64,000 nt of DNA from Eledone cirrhosa (taxonomy: Eukaryota): NCBI GenBank assembly GCA_964016885.1, contig OZ024742.1, forward strand, positions 213,528,001 through 213,592,000, written 5' to 3'. The position numbers and the translations under genes are program-made. This document shows, piece after piece, positions 40,283-52,034 of the stretch. Below the pieces are notes generated by a model, which saw nothing but the letters and a program-made list of their open reading frames with translations, did no database searches and was not told where the DNA came from. Every line of letters starts with the position of its first letter. Position 1 is the first letter of the stretch.

Positions 40283-40288
<6 letters not shown>
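40092..40288. mobile_element. Short HHR-family element folded back at stem II (related copies 31581-31730, 48150-48450, 55755-55946)
   Basis: Each arm carries only the 3' half: GAAAC-GGCT-TGAGCTC-AGCC-GTC^GGGGTC; shared tail GGACCATAACGCACCAAAGTAC. Confidence 0.75.
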
Positions 40289-40345
<57 letters not shown>

Positions 40346-41877
40346 ATACTTGGGGAGGGTCATATATATATATATATATATATATACAGTAGTTATTCTT
40401 TGTTGTTGGATAGTAAAAGCATAACCTACGAAAATGAGGTGATGTGATGCTCCCAATTCCAACAGTGGCTACTCTTCCTATCAATGTTGGCCCCATTCTA
40501 AAGTCTTCAGGAAACATACTCAGTCTTAATCTATGCAGAAGGTTTATACTTTAGGTCTTTATTGAAGTACGTTCATCTAACAGTTTGAGGGTGGCATGGA
40601 ATATAATCTGCAACCGGGGGCTTTGAGAAGTTATTGTTATATTCTGCCAGGATATTACTATATGACAGTCAAAAGCTATCTGAACTGATTAAAGCTCTCT
40701 TCCGCTGTTTTTTCTTCCTATATCACTATTTCTGTGAAAGTTACCAGTTGATGCCAGAATCATGTACGCTTTCATATTAATAGAAATAATTTTCTATATT
40801 GTTAAGTAAAGTATCCCAAAGGCTGGTATCAGGAATGGTACTGTAAATGTGTTGTTTATATTGCCTAGTTGTAAACAGAAACTTCCTATAGACTTTTGGG
40901 CCGTTTTATCTTTTTAATCAGAATCTAAATATTTGTCGCACTCATTGCGTGAAGGAAAGGAGACAGACGGATCAGTAATATTAATGCTTTATATTTTCCG
41001 TTTGTAAAATGATTTTCTCACGTTCAGTGGTAAAATATTACATTCCCTTTAGCCGGTTTACACCCCTATATCAGCTGAAAATCTATGTTGTTATTATATC
41101 CAGCTGTTTCTAAACAGGGTATTGTTGGTGGGTAGGTGTATGTCTTAAGATAGTTTGCAAACAAATTGAGTTACATTCGTATTTCCTGTTGTAGACCCTA
41201 TCATACATCCAATGGATTTCTGTAAAAGAAAGGCCAATGGCTTCAATGTCAAAATAAATGAAAGCACAGAGAAACTCTATCCTTAGAAAATATCTTTCGA
41301 AGGATATGTAACATCAGAAATCGTTGTTATGACTTCAGTTGCAAACTTAAGGAGGGTTGACCAGGTCTTTGTTAGAATTTCAAACCTGTACGTTTGCAGT
41401 GATTCCAGCAAATATGGGTGCAGAACAGAGTCAAACGCCTTTCTTATATTAAGCTATCGAGTCACGAGAAGTTTCTATGGTGTATGTGTATGGTGGTGGG
41501 TGGTATTTCTGACAGCAAACCTTTATTAATCAAAAGTTGTTCCGTATATCCCCCACACCTCTTTCTTTCCACATCCACGTTTATCATTCACTGCCTTGTT
41601 GGACTTGAAATGCTCTTGTGAAAAGTGGTTTAACTAGCTAGTGTTGAGTTTATACATAATATTTAGACACGCAGTAATAGCTTTCTGCTCAGTTAATGTT
41701 TTCACTTTTTACTACAAGATATTTCCAGTTTGGTGTGTAGGGTTAGTCTCCCATAGTTATTTTAAACACATGTGAATAGTATTCTGTAGGATACACAAAT
41801 TTATATCAGTAGTTAACAATTAAGTTTTATTCAGATACTTTCACGATTGTGTATATTTTACTATTATTATTGGTTCA

Positions 41878-41982
41878 TAATTGTTTCTACTTTTGGCACA
41901 AGGCCAGCAATTACCCAATGCATTACTGGTACTTTATTCTATCGACCCCGGAAGGATGAAAGGCAAAGTTAACCTCGGTGGA
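41878..41982 (-). mobile_element. SINE family A, partial
   Basis: Reverse complement of the SINE 3' half. Confidence 0.75.
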
Positions 41983-42798
41983 TTGAATACAATCAGATGG
42001 TATTGGTTCATAATACCATCTAATTGTATTCAACTATGAAGCGCTGTGATTGAATTCCCTCATTTCATTCCCGATTCTAGATTAAAGTAATTGAAGATAT
42101 TCCTCGGATAAAAGGAATTTTAGAGAGGTTTTGTTGTTTTCATTATGGCTTCTGGGTTAAAATTAAATATATGGTTCATCATATTTCACTATCATTTTCT
42201 CACTCAAGTTCACCCGCAAGATCTCCAGTACATTTTAGTTTTTTGTGTTTTTTTTCAACACATGTGTGTGGTAAACGTATTATTTTATTCAACTACGACA
42301 GTGTTAACATGTCCGATTCTGTGGCGCCGCTTATTGATGTTGAGTTATCCTCATGGGTGTCATCCAAATTCTAATCCAAAAGCCAGGCCCTTCTCACTCC
42401 TGTTGGAGGAACCCCTCAGTGGTTGACCTCCACCGTTTCCTATCTCTGACCATACTGGGCCATGCGCGCCGAGGTATCGGGTCAGATGGGTGTCATATGT
42501 TGGGTTATTTCCCCTTTCTATTGGGTGTCACATATAAGTCTTATATGGTATTTCAAAGAGATATTAACGGTATAGAAAGTGTTATATCCATTAATTTCTT
42601 CTCTGGTGATATTATGAAAAACTTTTAACGTGGGAATGGTTGGGGTTTTTCCCAACTCACGTCAAACTATGGATTATTGTCCAAAGGCAATTTCAAGAAA
42701 AATGTATGTATGGATATATGTATATATGTATGTATGTATGTGTGTGTATATATGTATGCATGTATGATGCCTATATATATGTGTGTATCTAGGTGTTG

Positions 42799-42907
<109 letters not shown>

Positions 42908-44184
42908 CTGTGTGTGTGTGTTTGTGCGTGTGTGTAGCTATGTTTTTGTGTGTATATATACATAAAATGCTGTCATTTTTAGTTTCTTGTAAAGAAGACA
43001 TTGTATAGAATTTGTATGAAATGAAGATTTCTATTTGAATAGTTCCAAGTTACCAATCGACCTTTTAATTCCATCAACAATTCAACATGCACCATATTAA
43101 TCCTTTACTCCATTAGACCAGCATTTCGTTGCTTTGGTTTCACAGCAATTGTTTAGTTCTTTCCACGGAATATTTGACCTTCAGGACAATAGTTCTTGAC
43201 CTTTAAAGTTACATCATCCTACCGAATACAGACTTTTCGTAAATAATAGAGAGAAATGTTTACGCTTTATCATTATCATTATGATTATTGGTTTTGTTGT
43301 TGATGTTGTTATTGTTATTATTTATTTATTCATCACCAACATGATTATCCTTATTGCTGTTGCTGTTGTTGCTGTTCTTGTCGTTGTCGTCGTTGTGGTT
43401 CTTGTTATTAATAATAATGAAGTGTAATTATTATTTTGTTTTGTTATTGTTATTGTTGTTTAATGTATATGTCAAGATAAGTTAACATGACTATTGAAAG
43501 AAAAAGAGGAAAGAAATAGATAGCAGAATCAAAAGCAATAATAGAATTAGTAATGAAAGGTGAACTAGGACAATAAGGAGGAGGTGTGGGTTGAGGAGGA
43601 ACGAGGAAGAAATACGAAGAACAAAGAACGGAGAAGAACGAAGAAGAAGGAAGAAAAATGAAGAAGAACAAAGAAGAACGAGGAAATATAATAAGGAAGA
43701 ACGAAGAAAATATGGATAAAAAGTTTACAAATAAACCCCCCCCCCCCCCCCCCCCCCAAAAAAAAACGATGAGATCTTTTCTTCTTAGTGTGAAGAGGAA
43801 CACACAGTAAACAAAACAGAGAGAACGAATGAAAGAATTACAAAAGACAATAGACAACGGTCTCTAAGTGGGGGGTCGACCTCCACCCGTTTCAATGATG
43901 AATGTTCCAGTGGTTTGGAGAACAGCTTGCTCGTGAAATTAATGTGCAAAAGCAAAAAGCAAGGACACACTATATAATGTATTCTGGGATATGCGAATTT
44001 GCAGTAGAATTGACACGGCTGGAATGTTTCTTGTCATAACAGGCCTGTTAACTTAATTACATCCGACCACAAAAGAAAATGCTCTAATAAATTCAATTAT
44101 ACAAAATCTAATGTCAAAGCCAATGATGTTATCTTTGAAATGTGTTTGTACTCGTGTGTGTTTGTACGCAAATCATTATGTGTG

Positions 44185-44370
44185 TGGTGGATTGGCAGCA
44201 TCGATGGAGGGTAGGACGCCATGCTTTCCAGCATAGTTACGTCCCTTTACGATCTGAGTTCAAATCCCACCGAGGTTGACTTTGCCTTTCATCCTTACGG
44301 GGTCGATGAAATAAAGTACTAGTAATGCACTGTTTAATTGCTGGCCTTGTGCCTAACGTAGAAACAATTA
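44185..44370 (+). mobile_element. SINE family A
   Basis: Match to 3768-3946. Confidence 0.85.
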
Positions 44371-44380
44371 TGTGTGTGTG

Positions 44381-44427
<47 letters not shown>

Positions 44428-44430
<3 letters not shown>

Positions 44431-45413
44431 CACCTCCGAGATATTTGTCTTAGCGGGAGTTTCCCCATCGCACGCCACTGGTTCCCCTGGACATTCTGCC
44501 CACCACCTCACCGTCTGTGGCCTGATCCATTGCCGTAGCACCCCGCCACCCGCCTCACGGTCGAGCAACACACCATCTTCACCCTACAGACCCACACACC
44601 TCCCGGCCTTAAATCCTCACCCTTCTTCCTATAACTTTGGATCCCCTCCCCCCACTCACACACATCCCCTACTAACACCACTAACACACACACTAGTTTC
44701 ACCGTCCCCTCCACTCCTTTGGCCCACCCCACAACTAATAATACTAACAACCCCACCCCTATCACACGCGCACCCACCGATACACCCCCGACTCCACACC
44801 CACACTCACTACCACCACTAACCCCCACTCACACACCCTCATTCAACCCCCCCCCCACCAGCCATACTAACACCCACACTACCACACACACACACACACT
44901 CATATCCAAACACGCACACACACACACCAGTACATTACACTCCCTCCGACTCTCCCCAGCACCTTCTCTCTCCCTCTCTCGCTCCCCGCACTACCAACAC
45001 CCCTCCCGCACACTCATCCCACAAACACATCCACTAATATACCCCTCCCCCTCAACCTTTCTCACATACCCCCCCCCATCCCCTGTCCACCGCACCTCCG
45101 CGCACACACACACACACATTCCCCACCACATACAGACCATCTCTATACCTGTCACCTTCCTACTGCTATCTCCTTCCTCTCACCTCCTTCACCCTGCCTT
45201 GACCGTCTGACCACTTCCTGTTGCGCGCGCACCCAACAAATCTCCACTTCCTCACTACCATACCACGATTTTACACCACCGGTCCACCGCTCCAGCCATC
45301 GACCCTGCTACACTCGGAATCTTCAACATCTGGTCTTATAGTCCGTGGAAAAACATCCAGGAACACACACAAACACTTACATTATTTTCGCACCACGCAA
45401 CCATACACCCACA

Positions 45414-45468
<55 letters not shown>

Positions 45469-46195
45469 TATCCTCACATACACACACTCAGCCTCCGGAC
45501 CCCAAACGCCCCCTCTCCTCCACCCCCTCTGAACCCTCTCCATCCACACACACACACACACACACACACTGCGTATCCTCACATACACACACTCAGCCTC
45601 TGAACCCCAAACGCTCCCTCTCCTCCACCCCCTCTGAGCCCTCTCCATCCACACGCACACACACACACGTGCGTATCCTCACATACACACACTCAGCCTC
45701 CACCCCCTCTGAGCCCTCTCCATCCACACGCACACACACACAAACCGACTTTCACCCCGCCCCATGTACACACCGGTTTCCCTATTACCCGAACATGGAA
45801 CCTCGTTCTTCCCCCAATTGTCACATTCACATCCACACACGCACACACACGTACACCTACACACATACACACACACCAAGTTCAGCCCTCCCCGCTCAGA
45901 CCCCCCCCCGTCCCATCCCCACACCCATCACACCCTTTTACCACTTATTTCATTTTTATTTTTTTTACAGTCTAAACTTTTTACCCTCTAAACTTTTAAT
46001 GTCTTTCCACCACTCCCCCTCACACCATCGGAACTCTTTTCCTGTCCACTTTTCTCCTGATGAAGGGCTAATGCCCGAACCGTCGTCCCCCACCCCTCAC
46101 TCTCAAGCGTGAAACTAATATTAACATTTTGTACTGCCTCTTCTCTTCCACGTTGTTTTTTCTTTGATTTTTGTTTAGTCTCAACTATAAAATAT
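44428..46195 (+). mobile_element. 5'-truncated Neptune-like PLE: endonuclease C-terminus, long C/A-rich 3' region and decayed HHR
   Basis: Frameshifted EHLRDI..FPIARH / GHSAHHLTVCGL / RLTVEQHTIFTLQTHTPPGL at 44428-44615; CTGATGA-aGGGC-taat-GCCC-GAAcC-GTC at ~46057-46084. Confidence 0.7.
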
Positions 46196-46213
46196 ATATA
46201 TAATTGTATACAT

Positions 46214-46285
<72 letters not shown>

Positions 46286-46498
46286 CGTTTCTGAATTTGT
46301 TTAGCAAGATTCTTTATCTGAAATCGTGTGTTGAAACCGATATTGTTATACTTTGGGACGGTCATGTTGCCAATAAGAAACACACGCACCAGTTGCTTTC
46401 ACTTCAATTTAATTTATTATATATTTATAAATTTACAAATTTATAAATTTCTGGTTGGTTGGTTGGTTCCACAACCAGATAGTTGTTTATATATATAT

Positions 46499-46543
46499 AG
46501 TCATAGTTCTTTCGTCACACACTCTGTGACCTCTTCAGTGACT
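46499..46543 (-). ncRNA. Hammerhead ribozyme
   Basis: Mirror of 46675-46719. Confidence 0.82.
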
Positions 46544-46674
46544 GGGGATTTCTTTCTTCGTTTCTGTGCCTTTCCTTTCTTCTATCCTACGCCATTTTGT
46601 TTGTGTGTGACACACAAACAAAATGGCGTAGGATAAAAGAAAGGAAAGGCACAGAAACGAAGAAAGAAATCCCC

Positions 46675-46719
46675 AGTCACTGAAGAGGTCACAGAGTGTG
46701 TGACGAAAGAACTATGACT
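46675..46719 (+). ncRNA. Hammerhead ribozyme
   Basis: AGTCA-CTGAAGA-gGTCACA-gagtg-TGTGAC-GAAAG-AA-CTA^TGACT. Confidence 0.82.
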
Positions 46720-46870
46720 ATATATATATAAACAACTATCTGGTTGTGGAACCAACCAACCAACCAGAAATTTATAAATTTGTAAATTTATAAATATATA
46801 ATAAATTAAATTGAAGTGAAAGCAATTGGTGCGTGTGTTTCTTATTGGCAACATGACCCTCCTAAAGTAT

Positions 46871-46915
<45 letters not shown>

Positions 46916-46962
46916 TAGAAGAGGTATTTAATTCGTTGAAGTCCGACAAATATATATATATA

Positions 46963-48130
46963 TATATTTTAACTTTAATTATATCGCATACAATAATACA
47001 ACTGGCTTTCCACAAAATACATATAGTTAGCACCCCAAACACTTAAATTGGGTTATACTAACATATAACCTAATGTTTGTTGAGTGAGATGGTTACCAGT
47101 CGGAGTTTAGCGTTAAGCTATCTCTGTTATTGTATTAAATATGTTACTCTTGATTTGGCCGGAAGTACTTATTTCCAGGTGCCTTATAAACACGACTTTC
47201 CGCATTTGTTACTGTTGTGAGATATGGAGGTTTTTTTGGTTGTCACTTCTCTGTTTTTAGCCTAAGAAAATATATATATGCGTGTGTAAATAATTACATG
47301 CATACATTTATTTTTTTTAATTAATTGAATTCTTAACACGTGGAATTGATAATAGTTTTAAATAACTAATTAACCCGCGTGTATTAAATATTTTACTCTT
47401 AATTTGGCCAGAGATTTACATTCCCAATCGCCTTTAAAGCGTAACCTTCAGCATTTGCTGCGGTGATGTGATGCGGTTTGTTATTTTGGTATCACCTCTG
47501 TTTTTAGCCTAAGAAAATATCTATATGCGTGTGTAATTAATACACGCATACATTTATTTTTTTATTTTCAATTGAGTTCTTAACACGTTGGATTGATAAT
47601 GTTTTTGAAAAAACTAATTAACCCGAGTGTATATTATTTTTTCTTTTCTCGTGTATCGTGGTTGTCTCCCTTTCCCGCTTCGTGACGCTATGAAACTTCC
47701 TCAGTCTAAAGACTGCTGGAATTTCAAATTTGGCGGTCATTCGATGCGTGAGGGAGCAGCTTAGCAGACACGATTTTTAACTGCGGTAAGAATTTTTTCT
47801 TATATCAAAGTTTAATGGGCTTCCACTGAAGATTTATAAGTGCCCACCTAAATATATTCTTACATGAATATATGTTAGGCTTCTACATAAACTGGAATCA
47901 TTCTCCCAACTTGTAGAAAACTTATAATGAAACAATTGTTTGGAAGGAGACATATATTTTAACTTTAATTGTATCTCATACAATAATACAACTGGCTTTC
48001 CACAAAATACATATAGTTAGCACCCCAAACACTTAAATTGGGTTATACTAACATATAACCTAATGTTTGTTGAGTGAGATGGTTACCAGTCGGAGTTTAG
48101 CGTTAAGCTATCTCTGTTATTGTATTAAAT
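46963..48130 (+). mobile_element. Non-coding HHR element with ~175-bp direct terminal repeats (period 990)
   Basis: 46963-47140 matches 47953-48130; internal diverged ~245-bp duplication; HHR lies just before the second repeat. Confidence 0.78.
47820..47946 (+). ncRNA. Hammerhead ribozyme with a 96-nt branched stem II
   Basis: CTTCCA-CTGAAGA-tTTATAAGT..two hairpins..ACTTATAAt-GAAAC-AATT-GTT^TGGAAG. Confidence 0.82.
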
Positions 48131-48739
48131 ATATATATATATATATGTATATAGGAACGAGTAGGACCCCGACGGCTGAGCTCAAGCCGTTTCGACGGCT
48201 AATTCTCAGAGAATTAGCCGTCGAAACGGCTTGAGCTCAGCCGTCGGGGTCATACTCGTTCCTATATACATATATATATATATATATTTAATACAATAAC
48301 AGAGATAGCTTAACGCTAAACTCCGACTGGTAACCATCTCACTCAACAAACATTAGGTTCTACTCGTTCCTATTACCCACTCTACTACCCTACGTATTGA
48401 GTACTTTGGTGCGTTATGGTCCACCTGGTTTCTTACCACATTTCCTTCGTTATATATATGTATATATATATACGCAGTCACACACAAACACTCGTGCTCG
48501 CGCGTGTGTGTGTCTGATGTACAGTGGAAAAAATGAAACTTTTTCAAGAGGAAGCATAATTATCTTTTTTTTAAATATGCTGTTCACGTTGAATTAAAGA
48601 TATGAAGATTAGAACTATAAAAAAATATGTTGTTATCGTGATCATAATAGTTCAGGAAATCATCGACATTTCTTTTGTATTATAGTATTATAATCCTGTA
48701 TTACATGAACTATATTATTACTAGTGGACCACACAATCA

Positions 48740-49110
48740 ATAATTGTTTCTACTTTAGGCACAAGGCCAGCAATTACCCAGTACATAACTGGTACTTTAT
48801 TTTATCGACCCCGTAAGGATGAAAGACAAAGTTAACCTCGGCGGGATTTGAACTCAGATCATAAAGGGACATAACTATGCTAGAAAGCATGGCGTCTGAC
48901 CCTCTACCGATACTGCCAATTCACCACCACACAATCAATAATGATTTATAATTTAGGCACAAGGTAAGCAATTTGTACGGAAGAGAAAGTTGATCATATC
49001 GACCCCATTACTTTACTATTACTTTATTTTATCTTCCTTGAAGATAAAATAAAGTAATAGCATAATGAAAGGCAAAGTTAACCACGTCTGGATTTAAACT
49101 CGACACATAA
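48740..49110 (-). mobile_element. SINE family A (48740-48930) plus an adjacent older copy
   Basis: Reverse complement of the SINE consensus. Confidence 0.8.
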
Positions 49111-49781
49111 AGCTCTGAACGTTGAATGTGTTTTTGTAGTCCAGAATTGCTATATCATATATGTCAAGATCACTGGATTTATGAACAATCATACACACTG
49201 GGAAATTTGTGTTTTGATAAATTAAAGTTTTGTATCAGAGAAACCCTAGAATTTATGTTGATTACTGATACGTGGAAGTGATTAAAGGTAGGAATGATAT
49301 ATAGGAACGATTTTATTATAGCAACATGAGTGGGATCGAAAGTACAGTATGTCTGTGTGTGTAAGTCTGAAATATTTGCCGAGATACATATAAATAATTA
49401 TACAAACACACATGGTGTATTATTACGTTGATTTTTAAAATTTTATATTGACTTATTAACTTAATTTTGTAGCTTGACATCAAAGGAAATAAATGTTATA
49501 TATATCGTTTTTTTTTAAACTAAACTATTTCTTGGAATAGACGTCGTAATTGTAGATACTACGAATAACTATAACTAAGTTAATTCAGTTGTAAAATAGC
49601 TAACTACATTTTATATTCTGTTCAAGGCATAGTAGCTGAGTCGGTCACATGAATACCACACGGTATTTCTGCGAATATATATCTCTTTTTTTTAATTTTA
49701 TTGAAAATTGATTTAAACACGCACGTACACACACACACACACACACAAACACAAATCTCTTTCTCTATCTCTCTCTCTCCC

Positions 49782-49854
<73 letters not shown>

Positions 49855-50087
49855 ATTAATCTAGCTGTCGTCTGTTGTACAGTGTGGATGTCATTCACTT
49901 CGCACAGAAGTTTTGTTCAAATATATTGAGGAAATTTTGTGAGTTCAAACTTAATTTTGATACAGTTGTGTAGCTTGACCCTCCGTCTGAACTGTCAGGC
50001 GGTGGGTCAGCTCATCTTTACCCCTCCTAGAGGTGAAAAACCTGTTTTAAAAAATTTTGTGTAAAAAATTTCAATCGTCTAACAGAA

Positions 50088-52034
50088 ATGTTAAACGCAG
50101 CGAACGAAAATAGTGGTGGGGGGACAGCGGTAAGAGTTGTAAGCTCGCACGCTTTAGTCCCCCCTTCCTTCCCAACTAACGTCATAGAGAAGGAAGGAAA
50201 AATTAAAATAAAAACAGATGAATCTGCGGAAAAAAAAAAAAAATGACGAAAACACAAATCTGGACTTGGATTCCAACAACGAAAAAAAAAATTTGAAAAA
50301 TTGCATGACAATACTAATAACACAAACAAAGACACAACAAACACAAAAATAACATTTGAAAATAACACCATATCAGAAAACAAAGCAGACGACAAGATTT
50401 CATTTGCACAGAAAACAAAGAAATCTTTGACTTATATAGCGGAAAACATTTCAGATGTGGTACGAAGGATCACGGACGCCAAACAATACATAAGTGAAGG
50501 AGAGAATGGTATTTTATCGGTAAAAATGCCTCAAGAATTCACGAAAGACATTGAAAGCCGAACGGTCAAGTTTCGGACCATCAACAACAGTACAAAAAAA
50601 CCTGAACAGCCTTCTCAAGCAGATATCAAAACAGTACTCACAGAAGTACTTAATGAAACCACTTTCATAAGAAAAGACAGACTGTATGGAAGCCTAGCAA
50701 TTATCATGAAGAACGAATCGGCGGCAAAAAAATGTGCTTTGTCACCGATTCGTTCGAAAAATTTCACCTTTTATCCATCTTATATGGGGAAAAGAACTCA
50801 ACGCATATGGCTGGATGCAATGATGCCAGATGTGGACTACTGCTGGCTCATAGCTGGCTTCATCGATCCAGTGAATGACAACGTGATTTCCATTGGGAAA
50901 ACCACAGGCAATGCGTTCAGTGGAACAGGTATAGAGCTGGTAGTACAAATGAAGCCTGAACGCATCGCCCAAATACCCGACAGAATCCTATTAGAGGACC
51001 ACGGATATATAAACATTAGCGTGGAGGGGAGAAGGCCGTCTTGCCATATCTGTGCAGGCAGAGGGCACCTGAAGGCCGCTTGTCCCCAACTCAACAAAAA
51101 GAAAACCCTGCTACCAACACCAGCTCCACCACCACCACCACAACAGATAAACAAACAACAAAACTCAGTCCCACCCAACCCGTCCCTCAGTAAAACCACA
51201 ACACCACCACAACACAAACAGTCACAACACATTACCCCAAAACAAAATACAGGCCCACCCAACCTCTCACTCAATAAAACAACACAACCACCGCAGACAC
51301 AACACACAACACAGTCTAACATAGTGACATCCATCTCTCCCACAAAGAAAACCAACACGGAAACATTACCAGCAAACATACCTCTTCCCTCCAACACTGA
51401 AGATAACCCAACGAATTCGGAGGAAGAAACGGAGTCCTTCAGACAGATTAAAAGGAAAAAAAGAAAACATGTGCAAAACACACAAGGACAAACAACCCCC
51501 ACCCAAATCTCAACACAATCCAACAAAACAGAAAACACCCCTCCAGCAACAAACAAAACCAAACCTGCCCCTCCCCTCTTCGAAACACTCACACCATCGG
51601 AAAAAAAGACATTACACTATACTTACATCAACAGAAACAATAATAAATTAAATGAGCTCATATACAATAATCCTTCGGTACAAACCGAAGGTGTAAACTT
51701 TGTTTCGTCAGAAAACTACCCACATTTAAAACTAATAAAGATCCCAATGAACCTCTACCAAAAACTAAAAAAGGATTTTAAGGAGGACGTAGGACCACCC
51801 TCTGTCAAACCCATAAACCGCGTCCTACTAAAAAGCTTTCCCCCTCCCCTTCCCCTCCCCAACACAACTCCAAACACCCCAACCCCACCACACACTGACG
51901 ACCCCACACCACCACAAGACACCCTTCACCCAACACCCCCGACCCCATGGAAGTCGTGCAACCCGAACCCCGGGAAGCGGAAAGGTAGGTCTCTACACTC
52001 TCCTTTGGCTCTGCCGCCCACATGGATGTGTTAA
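50088..52034 (+). CDS. Tx1 ORF1 (gag-like; CCHC knuckle; Pro/Thr/Gln-rich tail), frameshifted in the poly-A at ~50230-50243
   Basis: CHICAGRGHLKAAC knuckle; upstream ATG at 50088 (MLNAANENSG...) is out of frame with the 577-aa ORF at the A-run. Confidence 0.8.

Larger units (their letters stand above)
46340..46875. mobile_element. Near-perfect ~265-bp-arm fold-back pLTR with an HHR in each arm
   Basis: Arms meet at ~46607 (TTTGTTTGTGTGT-G-ACACACAAACAAA). Confidence 0.87.

Noticed and set aside
40400-41800. Possibly ancient LINE-derived sequence
   Set aside because: Too degraded to assign motifs with confidence by eye.
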